DNA of 60,846 nt, filler included, from Hausera hauseri (Eukaryota): the NCBI GenBank assembly GCA_046269625.1. It is 11 parts of 11 records of this genome, joined end to end, with 100 filler letters (N's around TTAATTAATTAA, not from the genome) between each part and the next. Parts side by side here need not be neighbours in the genome. Positions count along the whole stretch, not along the records: positions 48,577 to 56,027 come from JBJURY010013899.1; positions 56,128 to 60,846 come from JBJURY010462800.1; 9 more parts are not named here. One strand, written 5' to 3'. Within the stretch, counting starts at the first letter, position 1, and each line of letters opens with the position of its first letter. The notes under the pieces were generated by a model, which was given only the letters and a program-made list of their open reading frames with translations, made no database searches and was not told the DNA's origin. Made by a program: the position numbers and the translations under genes. Of the stretch, positions 49,115 to 60,846 are shown piece by piece.

Positions 49115-49729
49115 TTAAATGTTAAGTCGATACTTTAAACCATTACCATCATCACCATCGGGTACATGAGACATTTGGCGACCGATAAAATCAAACAATT
49201 TTGTTTTCTGCTCTGGAAAAACGACGAATTGTTGCTGCAAGGTCGTTTCGTGTAACTTTAAATCTATGTTTAATTGACGTAGAGCATCAGAAAGTTTATC
49301 CAAATTTTCACCCGAAAGCCGTTTTACACGATAGCTGTACTTGGATGCACACAGCGACACGGGATCATTCAATGAAATCAATACAGGATTTCGCAGAAAA
49401 TGCATTTCGTACTTGCGAAAAATTCGTTTCAGTAAAAATGTCTGTGTTTGGCACGACGGTTTTGATTTTCGTTTACGTATTCCAATCATTGCACTTTGCC
49501 TTGTTAACGTCGGTTTTGTTGGCGCTGATGATGATTTCTGAACAAGTTCCTTTTTCTTTTCCAGACAATCGGCATCATAATCGTCTTGCAGACAATCGCC
49601 CAGTTTTTCTAATTTTTGGACAGGTTCTGTTTTCGTTTCCAGCAATTCGACATTATAATTATCCTTTCTGTAGCCAAACAACCACGAACAATCTGAACTT
49701 TCATCATTGGCATCATTGAGTAGAATCAC
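49115..49729 (-). CDS. Hypothetical Maverick protein (204 aa)
   Basis: Open ORF within the accessory block. Confidence 0.6.
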   Translation of the reverse strand: MILLNDANDESSDCSWLFGYRKDNYNVELLETKTEPVQKLEKLGDCLQDDYDADCLEKKKELVQKSSSAPTKPTLTRQSAMIGIRKRKSKPSCQTQTFLLKRIFRKYEMHFLRNPVLISLNDPVSLCASKYSYRVKRLSGENLDKLSDALRQLNIDLKLHETTLQQQFVVFPEQKTKLFDFIGRQMSHVPDGDDGNGLKYRLNI

Positions 49730-50279
49730 TTAATCGTCCATGTCTGAATAACCATGGAAATGGTATTTATAGTTTGTTGTGCAATGTACATTATTTTGAT
49801 TCACTGAAACATTTATGTGGTTTTTAATTTGATTAATAATCGGTTCATAGTCCACTGTCCGAATACCGTGTACAACAATATTTCCACTGCTGAACACATT
49901 TACACAAAGTGGGCAAAACGATGTCAGCCTCAGTGCAGGAAACAGATCGGGTTTATACGTATATTCAGTGGCCATTGCTAATTTGTACAAATTGATTGTT
50001 TGGTAGTCTAACTGAGTCGTTACCGTTATTGATTGGATTTAGTCAATGACAATTCCGAATGGTAGTAGTTTACTGTTACTGTTGTCAGCTGTGATTGGTT
50101 TGCGACATCCCATAATACGACACTTTCCAGATTGAAATAAGATGCATGTAATATCCGGTGGACACTTGAGGACATACTGCCTCAGCTTCTATTGACTAAA
50201 AGGTAGTGTGTTAATGTCACACTAGGTAACGTGTCCGCGATAGTTGATATTAGCTAAAATTATGGAAACAGTGTTTATA
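49730..50279 (-). pseudogene. TATA-binding-protein-like gene
   Basis: Two TBP repeats: LANINYRG...TCILFQSGKCRIMGCR and IQSITVT...INLYKL...YKPDLFPAL...VNVFSSGNIVVHGIR; three in-frame stops. Confidence 0.82.
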
Positions 50280-50359
50280 CTATAGCTATTTATATATGTG
50301 AGTGTAACACAATTATAAACAAATCATGTGAGAAAAGGTTGTATTATTACTATTATTAG

Positions 50360-51025
50360 ATGAAGTTGCAGAATGATGCCATTTACCAGATTGTAAACCC
50401 CAGTGGAAGTGGCAAAACAAACTTTGTGTGTAAACTATTGCAGAACTACCGTAACATGTTCCATTCACCGAGGTACAATCACATTTACTGGCATCAGGGT
50501 TTTGGTGATAATGGTGAGTCCGGTTTGATACATCAAGAATTTTATAAACTGAAATCAATAACGGTCATTGATGGGTTTGATAAGAACTGGTCAGAGAGAT
50601 TACGCAACGATGACGTTATTGTCATTGACAATTTATTTCAAGGGGCAACAAAACAATTGGACTTAAACAACTTATTCACGAAGATTGCATGACACCGTGA
50701 TGTGGCGGTTATTTTCATTACGTAAAACATGTCCAATCAGGGGCGGACAGCATCGAACAAGAAATCTAAACGTACACTATTTGGTATTGTTCAAAAATCC
50801 CCGTGATCAAACTATCATTGATTATGTTGCACGACAAGCATTTCCTCACAATCCAGCCTACTTGGTAGATTTATATCATGATGCTACGACCGAGCCACAC
50901 GGATACTTGTTCATCGACTTTACACAACAATGTCCCAATGACATGCGTGTACGAAAAGAAATTTTCAATTAGAAGGGTGGTGTATGTGCCTATAAATAAA
51001 TTCGAAAATCGACCACATTATTATG
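50360..51025 (+). pseudogene. Packaging ATPase
   Basis: PSGSGKT Walker A, VIVID Walker B, FKNPRD. Confidence 0.92.
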
Positions 51026-51561
51026 ATAAAAGTGAAGAATTTCCGAAAAACGATTGTTAAACGTGAACCTACCAAGCGGGTGCCCGGCAAAAAACGTGTA
51101 TCAAAACGAACCGCTACAGTCAAGCGACTAATCAATTCTGTGCTTCGAACAACAGCAGCAACAGCAACTATAAGCAACTTACCGTCTCAGTGGCAACGGT
51201 TATAAACAACTACGCATCATCAGCATCAATACGTCCAAAATGCGATTCAAACGTAGTTAGCCGTACTTTATTGCTGTGCTCAAGGCACCTACGAGACATA
51301 AGCGAAACATGCTGCGATCATTCCCACAATTTGTAATAGACGATTTGATGGAAAGTTATACAATATCGTTGTGGGTCACGATGACATTGGTAGTGGGAAG
51401 AGGAATTTACGAAAGTATCGAAAACGGCACACTGGCCTTGCCAACGCCGTAGTAAACGATTGAAACGAGTGGTCATGTACAAGCAAGAAGGCGGATTCCT
51501 TGGTGAAATTCTACCTATTGTCACGTCATTACTGGGTAGACGCATTTGTGGAACAGATTAG
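51023..51561 (+). pseudogene. Basic protein (51023-51205) and QxGG protein (51240-51561)
   Basis: Homologous to 519-1094. Confidence 0.7.
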
Positions 51562-51711
51562 TATAAACACTGCCGGTAAGTATATGATGACTTGGCGGTA
51601 TGGCTGCATGGTTTTCATCTTTCTGTCCTAGTTTACCGAATCTTTCATTTACTTTTTGTTCTAATTGTCGTAATGTAAGCAAAACTGGCACCGTCGACGA
51701 CGACAAGACCG

Positions 51712-52753
51712 ATGGGCGACGTGTGGTTTGACCCGCGTCATCCCGTCGGGTATACTGGCGTCGACAAACTGACAAAGACTGTCAAACAGACTCGGCAACA
51801 GACCCAACGTTGGCTCGAGAAACAATTAGCATACAGCCAAAACAAACCGATAAGAAGGCGGTTTCCAACTCGTGCATACCGTGCTGCCCCTGTAAATAAC
51901 GTATGGCAAATGTATCTGATGGAAGTGATTCCGTACGCCAGCATCAACGATGGGTATCGGTACGTGCTGACATGCGGTAATGTGTTTAGTCGTTTTGCAC
52001 GTGCAATTACCATGAAATTTAAATCCGGTAAAGAGATTGTCGACGCTGTTCAGACTGATGCAACAACAACAACAACCGAAGCATTTGCAAACGGACTTGG
52101 GTAAGGAATTCTACAACGCCCACATTGCAGCGGTCTTGAAACGGTCTGGCGTAAACCACTACTCGGTGTTTTCACAATACAAGGCGGCATTCGTTGAAGA
52201 ATTTAATCGTACATTTCGCGGTGGCCTAAACAAATTCTTTAAGAAGCAAGGCAACAAACGCTGGGTAGATGTACTGCCGGATATTATTCATGCATACAAT
52301 CACTCGACACACCATGAAATCAATGGAATGCGCCAGGTTGATGTAATCGATGAAACGGACATGTGGCTTTATCAAAACCGAACAACACTACGACTACGAC
52401 AACAGACAATAAAACGCCCAAAATATAAAGTCGGTGCTTACGTACGTATTTCGAAAATCAGTACGACGCCATTCATTAAGAATTACAATCAGAACTGGTG
52501 CGACGAGCTTTTCCGCATTTCGGCAATCAACACAAAACAAACACCTGTCATGTACGTTTTAGAGGATAAAAACAGTGAGGTAATATGCCGTAAATTCTAC
52601 GAACAGGAACTGCACGTACTGTCCGAGAAACCCGATATATATCGCATTCAGGAAATTCTACGTTCACGCATCAAAGGTTTGAATGAACAATATCTCCTCA
52701 CGTGACACGGATAGACTGCACCTAGTTGGATTTTTGCATCGCAAATTGATTGA
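51712..52753 (+). pseudogene. Maverick integrase with chromodomain
   Basis: LQTDLGKEFYN, VEEFNRT, YNHSTH, KFYEQEL. Confidence 0.92.
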
Positions 52754-53820
52754 TGGGCATTTATTTGATACTTAATAGTAACAGATTACCAGAACATGAC
52801 AACAACAACAACAACAACAATACCGCTGAACGGTTTACCATGGCGTTGGACCAGCCGCTCGACTTACGTCAGGGAGCCTGGGAAGTGGCTTTGGCGGAAT
52901 TTACGTTTACATTTTTACCAATAACAATAAGTGAGAACAGTGGAATATACTATACTTTAGTAAGACAATCTCCTGCATCTAGTTATTTGCAGTTAGTCCG
53001 AGACTCTAATGAAACATTTCACGTTTGCAATTAAAAGCGACAATATTTCTAGGTTTATATTTTTTATTTAAACAATCGATTCGTGCTAAAACACAAACAT
53101 CCAATTGAATTGCAATTTAAATCACTAGCCGACGCTCAGGCATGGGGTTTTCAATGTGTCTATGAGCTCTCGAAAGGTCTACAGCTCGGTGGACATAGTG
53201 TAATTAGTGAAAAGTTGAACTTTTCCACTAAGAAAACCACCGATATTACAGTGAACTGACAAAAGACTAAATCATTCTTTTACTCTCATACAACAGGAAT
53301 TGGTTTTCTTACGGAAAAGGAAACAGAATTTTGTGCAACCATAAAGGCAGTAGCTAGATTGGCTCTCAAGACATTTAAATAAAACTCTGATGGTCGTATT
53401 TTGTTTACACTACACAATAATGTTACATATTTTGCCTTTGATGAACTATTGTCAAGGAATCTGGGTTTTAAGAAACGAGAATTTGGTCAAACCGGCGGCG
53501 GACGGTCCATTGTTGCTAAACACAAACCACGTCTCTACGAAGCATTTTATCAAATCAATATTTTAACGGATCTAACCGAACCCGTATATATTGGCGGAGA
53601 CCGTGAACAACTATTGGCTTCTATTGGACTGGATTCGAACACGTACAAAACACCGGGCAAAACTGCTCATGTAAATATCATCTGGTCCATGTATTTATCG
53701 TTGTTTCATGATGTTGTGCACAGTATTTCCATGCATATAGTAGACCAATTTTGGAAACCAATTAAATATCTGTTCGGAGCCAAGACACATTTGGTGCTAC
53801 ATTTTCGTCGCCGTCGATAA
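52750..53820 (+). pseudogene. Penton-like protein 1
   Basis: IYLILNS...FTMALDQPLDLRQGAWEVALAEF; EPVYIGG; THLVLHFRRR. Confidence 0.78.
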
Positions 53821-53866
53821 TAAACAAACTTGGCCATCACTATCATCATCATCATCATCGAGATCA

Positions 53867-54950
53867 TGAGTATTTACGTAGTGTTGCCGAGCAACATTTG
53901 TCCGACAACTCGTCCAAAAAATTTAGCTAGTGAATACGTTGTAGATTGGAACAATCCTTTAAATTTATCTGCTGGAAAATGGGAGGTTGCACTGACTAAA
54001 TTTAACTTTCCATACACACCGGTGACATTAAAAGGTAGTATGAAAATAACGTACAACAAGACTGTTACTGAAACCAAAACACATTCTTTTCCTCTGGCAC
54101 CTACTAACAATAAAATAACAGTTGGATAATCGGCCATTTGAACGACCGAAGCAAATTACGGTATATTCGGCAAAATCGGTGTTTTTATTTTACAGAAAAA
54201 TTTACATTTTATGGCAGATTTTGAATTCACTGTTGCCTTTGAGTTTTCTGAGGTGGCGCAGAAATTTGGATTCAAAAATACAGAGTACAAAGGTAAACAT
54301 ATTAAAAGTGAGTATATAGTTGCTCCTAGATTAAGTCCCGTATATTACCAGACAAGGTTGAAATTTACATATACAACAGGAAGGGTGTCAACGTCATACG
54401 TATCGATTGGAGACAATGTCTATTGCGAATCTGTAGCACATATCCGTCAACACCTTTCTTCAACTCAAAAGTACAAAGCGATATTTGGAGTTTTCGAGTC
54501 AGATGCAAATGGGTACAAATGGATGTTGTTGACATTTCATTGGACAATGCTTTGGCCATGGTATTGGGTTTTGAAAAACAGCGGTTTAAGGCATCGAATA
54601 CGAAGACGACGGCACATGTTGGAACACTTAAACCCAAAGTAAAAACGGGAATAAGTCAAATGTACATTTACGTGAACGCCACCGAACCGATTTTGGTTGG
54701 TGGAATACGTGTACCGCTACTCCGTTAAATTTATCCGGAAAGCAGCAAGTATACTGCCGGCGACAATGTCACTGTCAAGCTCGATAATCCAATGTACCTA
54801 CCCGTGGCACCGACATCTATAAACAGTGTTGAAGTGAATATCCGATGTGACGAGGTCTACTTTATTGAATTTCCGTACAGTACCATAACCAGTTTAACTC
54901 TTTCTTTCCGTCGAATCCAACAACAACAGCAACAACAACATGATTGATTC
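53867..54950 (+). pseudogene. Penton-like protein 2
   Basis: IYVVLPSN...GKWEVALTKF; EPILVGGIRVPLLR. Confidence 0.8.
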
Positions 54951-55302
54951 TGAAATTGTTTTCATTTACAGTAAAGCGCAGCAGGGCGGTAAACTGCCAT
55001 ATTTCGTTGGTAAACAGTATGCCTCTGGATGGTTGCGTACATTGGCACGCTTAGCATTTCTGGTGTTAAAGCGTATCGGTGCCGTGGCAGCAAAAACAGC
55101 ACAGGACGTACTATATAAAAACAAATCGGTTTTACCATCACTGAAGGTACACGCCTTGTCAGAAATAAAAAACGCTGCACCGGGAGTCGTTGAATCGGTC
55201 AAAAAACAATTCGCTGGCAGCGGCTTGATGAGAAAACGCCGTAGAGCACCATCGACCTCATCAACGATAAACAAACGTCGTCGTCGTACGATTTTCGATT
55301 AA
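54940..55302 (+). CDS. Maverick basic protein (QQGG...QYxSG plus amphipathic helix)
   Basis: Intact 120-aa ORF directly upstream of the major capsid gene. Confidence 0.75.
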   Translation: MIDSEIVFIYSKAQQGGKLPYFVGKQYASGWLRTLARLAFLVLKRIGAVAAKTAQDVLYKNKSVLPSLKVHALSEIKNAAPGVVESVKKQFAGSGLMRKRRRAPSTSSTINKRRRRTIFD

Positions 55303-55321
55303 TTGATTAACAGATAGACAA

Positions 55322-56027
55322 ATGGCATCTGTAAAATCTGAACTGTGTATATTTGGCAAAGGGGCGCCACAAGTTGTTATTGACAATGCAGCAGTTAAAG
55401 AAATCTACCCTGTTGATTCGGTTTCAACGAACAATAACAATGACATTCAATTTAACATTATGGCATCGAACAATGAATACCTAGATTTAAACGATACACT
55501 ACTCTATGTAAAAGGCATTGTTAAAAAGGATGAATCAACAATTCTCGCTTCAACAGACACTGTCACACATACCAATTACCTTTTCCTCACACTGTTCCAG
55601 GAGGCTTCACTGACTCTGAACTGCGTCAAAATCGAAGGCAACACAAGTCTATGCAGTATCAAAGAACTTATTGAAACGGCTCTAAATTACAGCACAGACA
55701 CGAAAACGACTTATTTGACAAAAACCATCGGATACGATGCCTCAGCGGCAAACCGTCAGGCATGAGGGGCAGAATCAAAAGCAGTTACAATGTGTGAACC
55801 GCTGTGCTTTGACTTTTTCGATCAGCCGAAATACCTACTGCGCGGTGCTAAGGCCATGATTTGACTTAAACGCAGCGACAATGTCTTGTGCTTGAAAACC
55901 ACCGTTGAAAATCTCAAACCCATACTGAAAATTACCGAGGCACAATTATGCGTACGTCGTGTAAAGGTAGAACCATCTGTGCTCATGGGACATCGATTGG
56001 GCTTGGAAACGCAAAATGCCTGTTACC
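55322..56027 (+). pseudogene. Major capsid protein, N-terminal part
   Basis: Homologous to 4758-5460. Confidence 0.88.
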
Positions 56028-56127
56028 NNNNNNNNNNNNNNNNNNNNNNNNNNNNNNNNNNNNNNNNNNNNTTAATTAATTAANNNNNNNNNNNNNNNNN
56101 NNNNNNNNNNNNNNNNNNNNNNNNNNN

Positions 56128-58788
56128 CAGTGACAAATCTGGACAGACTACTGAACATGGAGCATGACCATTTCCTCCAAAAACGGATACAGTGTAAATG
56201 GTGTCCTGTATGTCTTCATGGATTCAGGTCGGAAACAAAATGGAAGAAACATGTGACTGCAGAAAAAATTCGCCAGGAACCACAATGTATGTCATGCCCG
56301 TCAAACAGAACTCCGGTTCACTGATTGATCAAAAACAGAGAGTCCGGCATATGTAGTATATGCCGATGTTGAATCTATCTTACTACGGCACAATATATAT
56401 GACCAAAAACATGTTCCAATCGCCGTCGGTATGTAGGTTGTCCCAATAAAAGTCGCAGGTCAACCTCAATATTATGTTTTCCACGGACGGAATTGTGTAC
56501 GCTATTTCTTGCAGCAGTTGCAAACCATAGAGGAAACTGAAATCGCACCCTGGTACAGGAGAAATAGCAATAAACCCTTGATGTGGAGGGATGAAGATGA
56601 ACGCCTGACGTTTGCAGTCATAGATGAATGTTACCTGTGCCACAAAATATTACAGTTTGACGCACTGGAACCGCTCGTACCGGATCACGATCATTTTACT
56701 GGTCGATATCTCGGATCAGCATGTAATTCATGCAATTTGGTAAGGCGTGTGCGGCCATTCTTACCGGTGGTATTTCATAACTTCAGGGGTTATGGTTGTC
56801 ACCATTTTTTGAAATTGGCAATAAATGGATTTCCGCACTGGAAACTATCCATAATTCCGACTACGATGGAGAAGTACCTGTCACTGTCTGCTCGTATTAA
56901 CCTGTTCCAGGTACGCTTCCTCGATTCATTGAAATTTCTCAATGAATCTCTGTCAAAGCTGGTAAATGCCTTGCTAGATGTGCTGCTAACATTGACTCAC
57001 TTCCCACACATATTGCACGTAGCAAAGGCATATTCCGTATGACTTTGCGATATCGTACGAGGGGCTCCAGACGACAGACGAATTACCACCGAATAACCCG
57101 ATATCGCAGATGAAGAATATCACACAGCAAAATCGTTTTGGGCAGAGCCCGGCTGCAGAAACCTGTTGGACTACATGCTTTGGTATTTGAAATTGGGCGT
57201 GTACCTGTTAGTCGGTGTGTTTCAGATATTTTGAGCTAAAGCGTTGGCAGAAGATAGGCTGGAGCCACTCTACTTTTACTCTAGACCTGGAATGAGTTGG
57301 GCATCAGCTCTGATGTCACTGGAGCGGGATATCGAGCTGTTGCAAGACACGGAAATGTACCGAATGTTTGATGTTGGTATTCATGGCGGCATGACATTTG
57401 TCAACAAGCATCATGTAACCAGTGATGGTACCACATAACTGTTGTAAATCGTGGTATATATAATAATCTGTACGGCTGTGCGCTTTCGCAACTTTTGCCG
57501 TACGGTTCACTCGAATCGATAGTCGACAAACAGGACTTAGACAAAATACTGGGTAATCTGCAGCGAGCAAACACGGCAGAAAACAGCTCAATCGAGTACC
57601 TGATGGAAGTCGATCTCGTGGTACCAGATGAGCTGCATGAATTTCGGGATGAACTGCTGGTCGCACCAATCATCCAATGCCCTCCAAACTCGAAGATGAA
57701 GACGCTGCTTATGAAGTATAAACCTAAACAAAACTATATAGTTTGTTGGCATCTGTTGCAATTTTACATGCAATTTGGTGTATGCGTCACACAGCTGCAT
57801 CGCGCAATCCGATTCGCACAGGCTCCGATATTCAAGCAGTATCAGAGTCGGAATTAGAAAAAAACGAGCTACAGCTTGTACGAAGTTTGAAAAGCCTATT
57901 ACAAACTGAAAAACAATTCGTTCTATGGAAAAACATTAGAGAATCTGAAAAAGCGACCCAATGTACGCCTATATAATAGCGAAAAGCGGTTGGCCACATA
58001 CAGGATCAAGGCGCAATTCAGGCGATCAATACACATTGCCGATGGATTGGTTGCCGTACTTTTAAACAGGGAATAAGTCGTACTGGATCGGCCAAGTTAT
58101 ATAGGACAATTGTTATTGGATCTGAGCAAGTTGCGGATGTACGAGTTGCAGTATCGCTATTTGGCACGTTACCGGCAAATGTTTGGCGGCGGCGGATGCA
58201 AGATCAATATAATCGCCCGTGACACAAATAGTTTTTTCTTGGAAATGAAAAACGTCAATCGCGAGCAACTACTGTGGCAGATGATGGCAGACGGATTACT
58301 GGACACGTCCAATTACCCACAGAATCATCCATTGTACAGCAATGCCATCACAAACAAAATCGGCTACTTCAAGGATGAAAGTGAAGGTTGGCTTCAGTAT
58401 TGTGGATGGATATTTCTACGGCCAAAATGTTATAGACTTTTAACTTACTGTGGACCGAAAATGGGCGCCAAAGGAGTTCAGTTGGCCCAGACGGAAATAA
58501 ACCACAGTGATTATCGCCGTATGCATGAAGAAGAACGATAATCAAAGGCTGTAACAAACGATCATCCGATCAATTGAGGACCAACTGTATACGATGACCA
58601 ATACAAAAGTCGCTTTATCATGCAATGATGATAAGCGTAAGTGGTTGGGGCGGAATAAGAATTGGGCGTATGGACATTGGCTTTTGGAATATAACACACA
58701 CATGATTTCGATTCTGATGATACAGAGAGATCAAAGTGACCCATTTACTGAGACAATTCATTGTGATCTGTGTGTTTTGTATAAATAA
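56128..58788 (+). pseudogene. Protein-primed family B DNA polymerase with endonuclease VII-like zinc insert (Maverick copy D)
   Basis: VYADVES, DHDHFTGRYLGSACNSCNL, FHNFRGY, FLDS, GIHGG, NNLYG, KLKNNSFYGK, DT(D>N)SFF, AYGH. Confidence 0.93.
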
Positions 58789-58907
58789 TGCATATTGTTC
58801 GTTGTTTTTTCCTTTTGCTTTATTATCATTTAATTTATCTATATATACTTATATATTTAACTAAATGTGATGAAAAACAATATCAAGAACAAAATCAATA
58901 AAATTTA

Positions 58908-59267
58908 TTAATCGCAAGCTAAAATCAAAAACCAAATAAGCCAAATCAGCCTAAACTTTCCCAGCTTCCATACTGGTGATTTAACTCCGTGCAGATCCTT
59001 GTATCTTTTCAACTTCAATGTTAGATGGCGTGTAGCTTCTTCTGGTGGCAAAACTGCTGCTGTTTCTCCGCCACGTGAACTGACAATTTTTGCCATATAT
59101 CCTTTGAGAAATTTCAACGATGTATCTCGGATATTGTTACCCAACACAAAATCACTGTCAACTTTTCTAATTGTTTCTTCCATTGTATCGAAATCATTGT
59201 CGCTGATCTTTTTCTCCAATAGACAATATTTCACCCGTTTTATTTTGACCGTTTGCGTCAATGGCAA
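58908..59267 (-). CDS. Hypothetical Maverick protein
   Basis: Open ORF within the accessory block. Confidence 0.45.
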   Translation of the reverse strand: MPLTQTVKIKRVKYCLLEKKISDNDFDTMEETIRKVDSDFVLGNNIRDTSLKFLKGYMAKIVSSRGGETAAVLPPEEATRHLTLKLKRYKDLHGVKSPVWKLGKFRLIWLIWFLILACD

Positions 59268-59304
59268 TTAAATAGTGTTGCGTATATAATGTAAGTTGTA
59301 TTCA

Positions 59305-59619
59305 TTATACAACAGGGAATTTCTGAGCGAATATTCGCTGTACCTTGGCTTTTTTGAGACTCGCGGAACTGTCACCTGCTGAATTGTTTCCCAAAGATAT
59401 TTTTAAATAAGACAAACGTGAAATGAAATTTCATCCATATTTATATAAAATTTGTTCATACCGATTTGTTTTCATTGAAAACAATAGACATTTACTTTGT
59501 GAGTACTGTCTTATCACAATGATACATATTGTCCCATCACAATGATACATCCTTGTTAAAATTACCTCCACGTCATTAACGCCCATGACAATGTTTCGTT
59601 CCGTTATTGAAGAAGTCAT
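59305..59619 (-). pseudogene. Hypothetical Maverick protein
   Basis: ATG overlaps the RING gene stop (ATGA); one internal TGA. Confidence 0.35.
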
Positions 59620-60088
59620 TCGTAATAAATGTGTACAATTTACATTATAGCACATTTACATTTGGACACTGCTGGGTTACTTTGGTGGAACACATTTGAC
59701 AAACAACGACATTGCCGCACAATAAGAATACCGTATCCACTTTTCTTTGTTTACATAGTACACACATATAATGACAGTCTCGTACTTTGTCCATTGTTTT
59801 CTCTTTCAATTTCTTTAATTTACCGCATACCTTTTCAAAAGTATTAAAGTAATTTGTATCATACAATCGGTGAATGTACATTTGATTTAACACAATAATT
59901 AGATTTTCTATAAAGCTACAATCTATTGCTGTCATCAATGCTATTGACGCTAAATCTTCTTTAAATCCAAAATCACCTGCTGCTCGCGCAACCAAATCAC
60001 TATCAAGTACTTCCCACCATCGTACCAAGTCTGAAATTGATAATCCATCAAAATTTTTCAATTGCTTCAGTTGATTAATTATTTCCAT
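59616..60088 (-). pseudogene. IAP-type C3HC4 RING protein
   Basis: CVLCKQRKVDTVFLLCGNVVVCQMCSTKVTQQCP. Confidence 0.8.
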
Positions 60089-60202
60089 GATGATTATTAT
60101 TATTTCCTACCCGTATTTATAGTTCCTGAATTATTCAACTGACCAATACGGCGGACCTTATTTACGGAAAGAAAAAAAAAGGAAACAGAGAAATAAATTT
60201 AT

Positions 60203-60647
60203 TTATTTGCATAAAATATGGTCAATGCAAAGCCGTAGACATTTTTTGTAAGGACAATGTGGTCCGTGATGACGATACTGACATCTAATATTGCCAGGTA
60301 CCATCGCCAGCGAGTTGTTCGATGTTGTTGGATACGTCTTCATTCGCAACTAGGGAAAGTGTGAATGTAGTTGTGCAAATTTAATCTTTAATGCAAATGT
60401 ATCGCGTGATACATGACACGCAAAATGTTGAATTGCATTCGTGCTAACAAAGTCCATGACGACGTCGTATGAGATATCCATTGGTAATTTTCGCTTTTTC
60501 TGTCAACTGATTCCACATAAAGGCAGGCTTGAATACGTGCACAAGGGGTTTGAAAATGTTACCGACATCCATAACGAATAATTCCTTTATCAAGTACTGG
60601 GCATTATCATCTTGGAAAGCTTCAATATCAATAAATCCTGTGGCCAT
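60203..60647 (-). pseudogene. DEDD/DnaQ-like (Maelstrom-like) nuclease
   Basis: FIDIEAF...IKEL...HVFKP...HGL...CQYRHHGPHC. Confidence 0.62.
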
Positions 60648-60718
60648 TACTTATCATTTTTTGTTTATAACACAAACAAAACGACTAACTATTATTATTA
60701 TTATAATCATCACAATTA

Positions 60719-60846
60719 TTAAACATAGGTGGTTTTGTCCATATCACCAAAGCCAAATTTTTTGCGTTTATTTTGTGTCGATTCATTGACACGAAACAAT
60801 CCCCATTGTACCGGAGGCATTACACTGAATTCCGCCTCTTCAAATC
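60719..60846 (-). CDS. dut: dUTPase C-terminus
   Basis: EEAEFSV...RKKFGFGDMDK; homologous to 17715-17844. Confidence 0.8.
   Translation of the reverse strand, partial: FEEAEFSVMPPVQWGLFRVNESTQNKRKKFGFGDMDKTTYV

Larger units (their letters stand above)
48577..56027 (+). mobile_element. Maverick copy C (dUTPase to major capsid)
   Basis: Collinear with copy A, plus a divergently oriented accessory block. Confidence 0.94.

Overview
This window is not one locus. It is 11 short eukaryotic contigs joined by artificial 100-nt linkers (44 N + TTAATTAATTAA + 44 N). The source is probably an invertebrate animal: it has TTAGGG-type telomeric repeats and a Drosha-like fragment. The content is almost all mobile DNA. 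(1) Four contigs hold decayed copies of one Maverick/Polinton (adintovirus-like) family. They encode pPolB, packaging ATPase, integrase with chromodomain, two penton-like genes, major capsid and adenain protease. Accessory genes include dUTPase, a TBP-like gene, an IAP-type RING, a DEDD/Maelstrom-like nuclease and a tiny myristoylated-type ORF. (2) Five contigs hold Ty3/gypsy retrotransposon pieces with unusual cargo: ubiquitin-like leaders on Gag, a Drosha-type RNase III domain in frame with Gag, a chuvirus-like glycoprotein placed between gag and pol, and a DEK-C domain downstream of integrase in a fragment bracketed by telomeric repeats. (3) One contig has a near-intact Ty1/copia element in tandem with a second copy. 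(4) One contig has a mariner remnant and a long acidic host-like ORF. All family assignments come from motif recognition by eye; no database searches were run.
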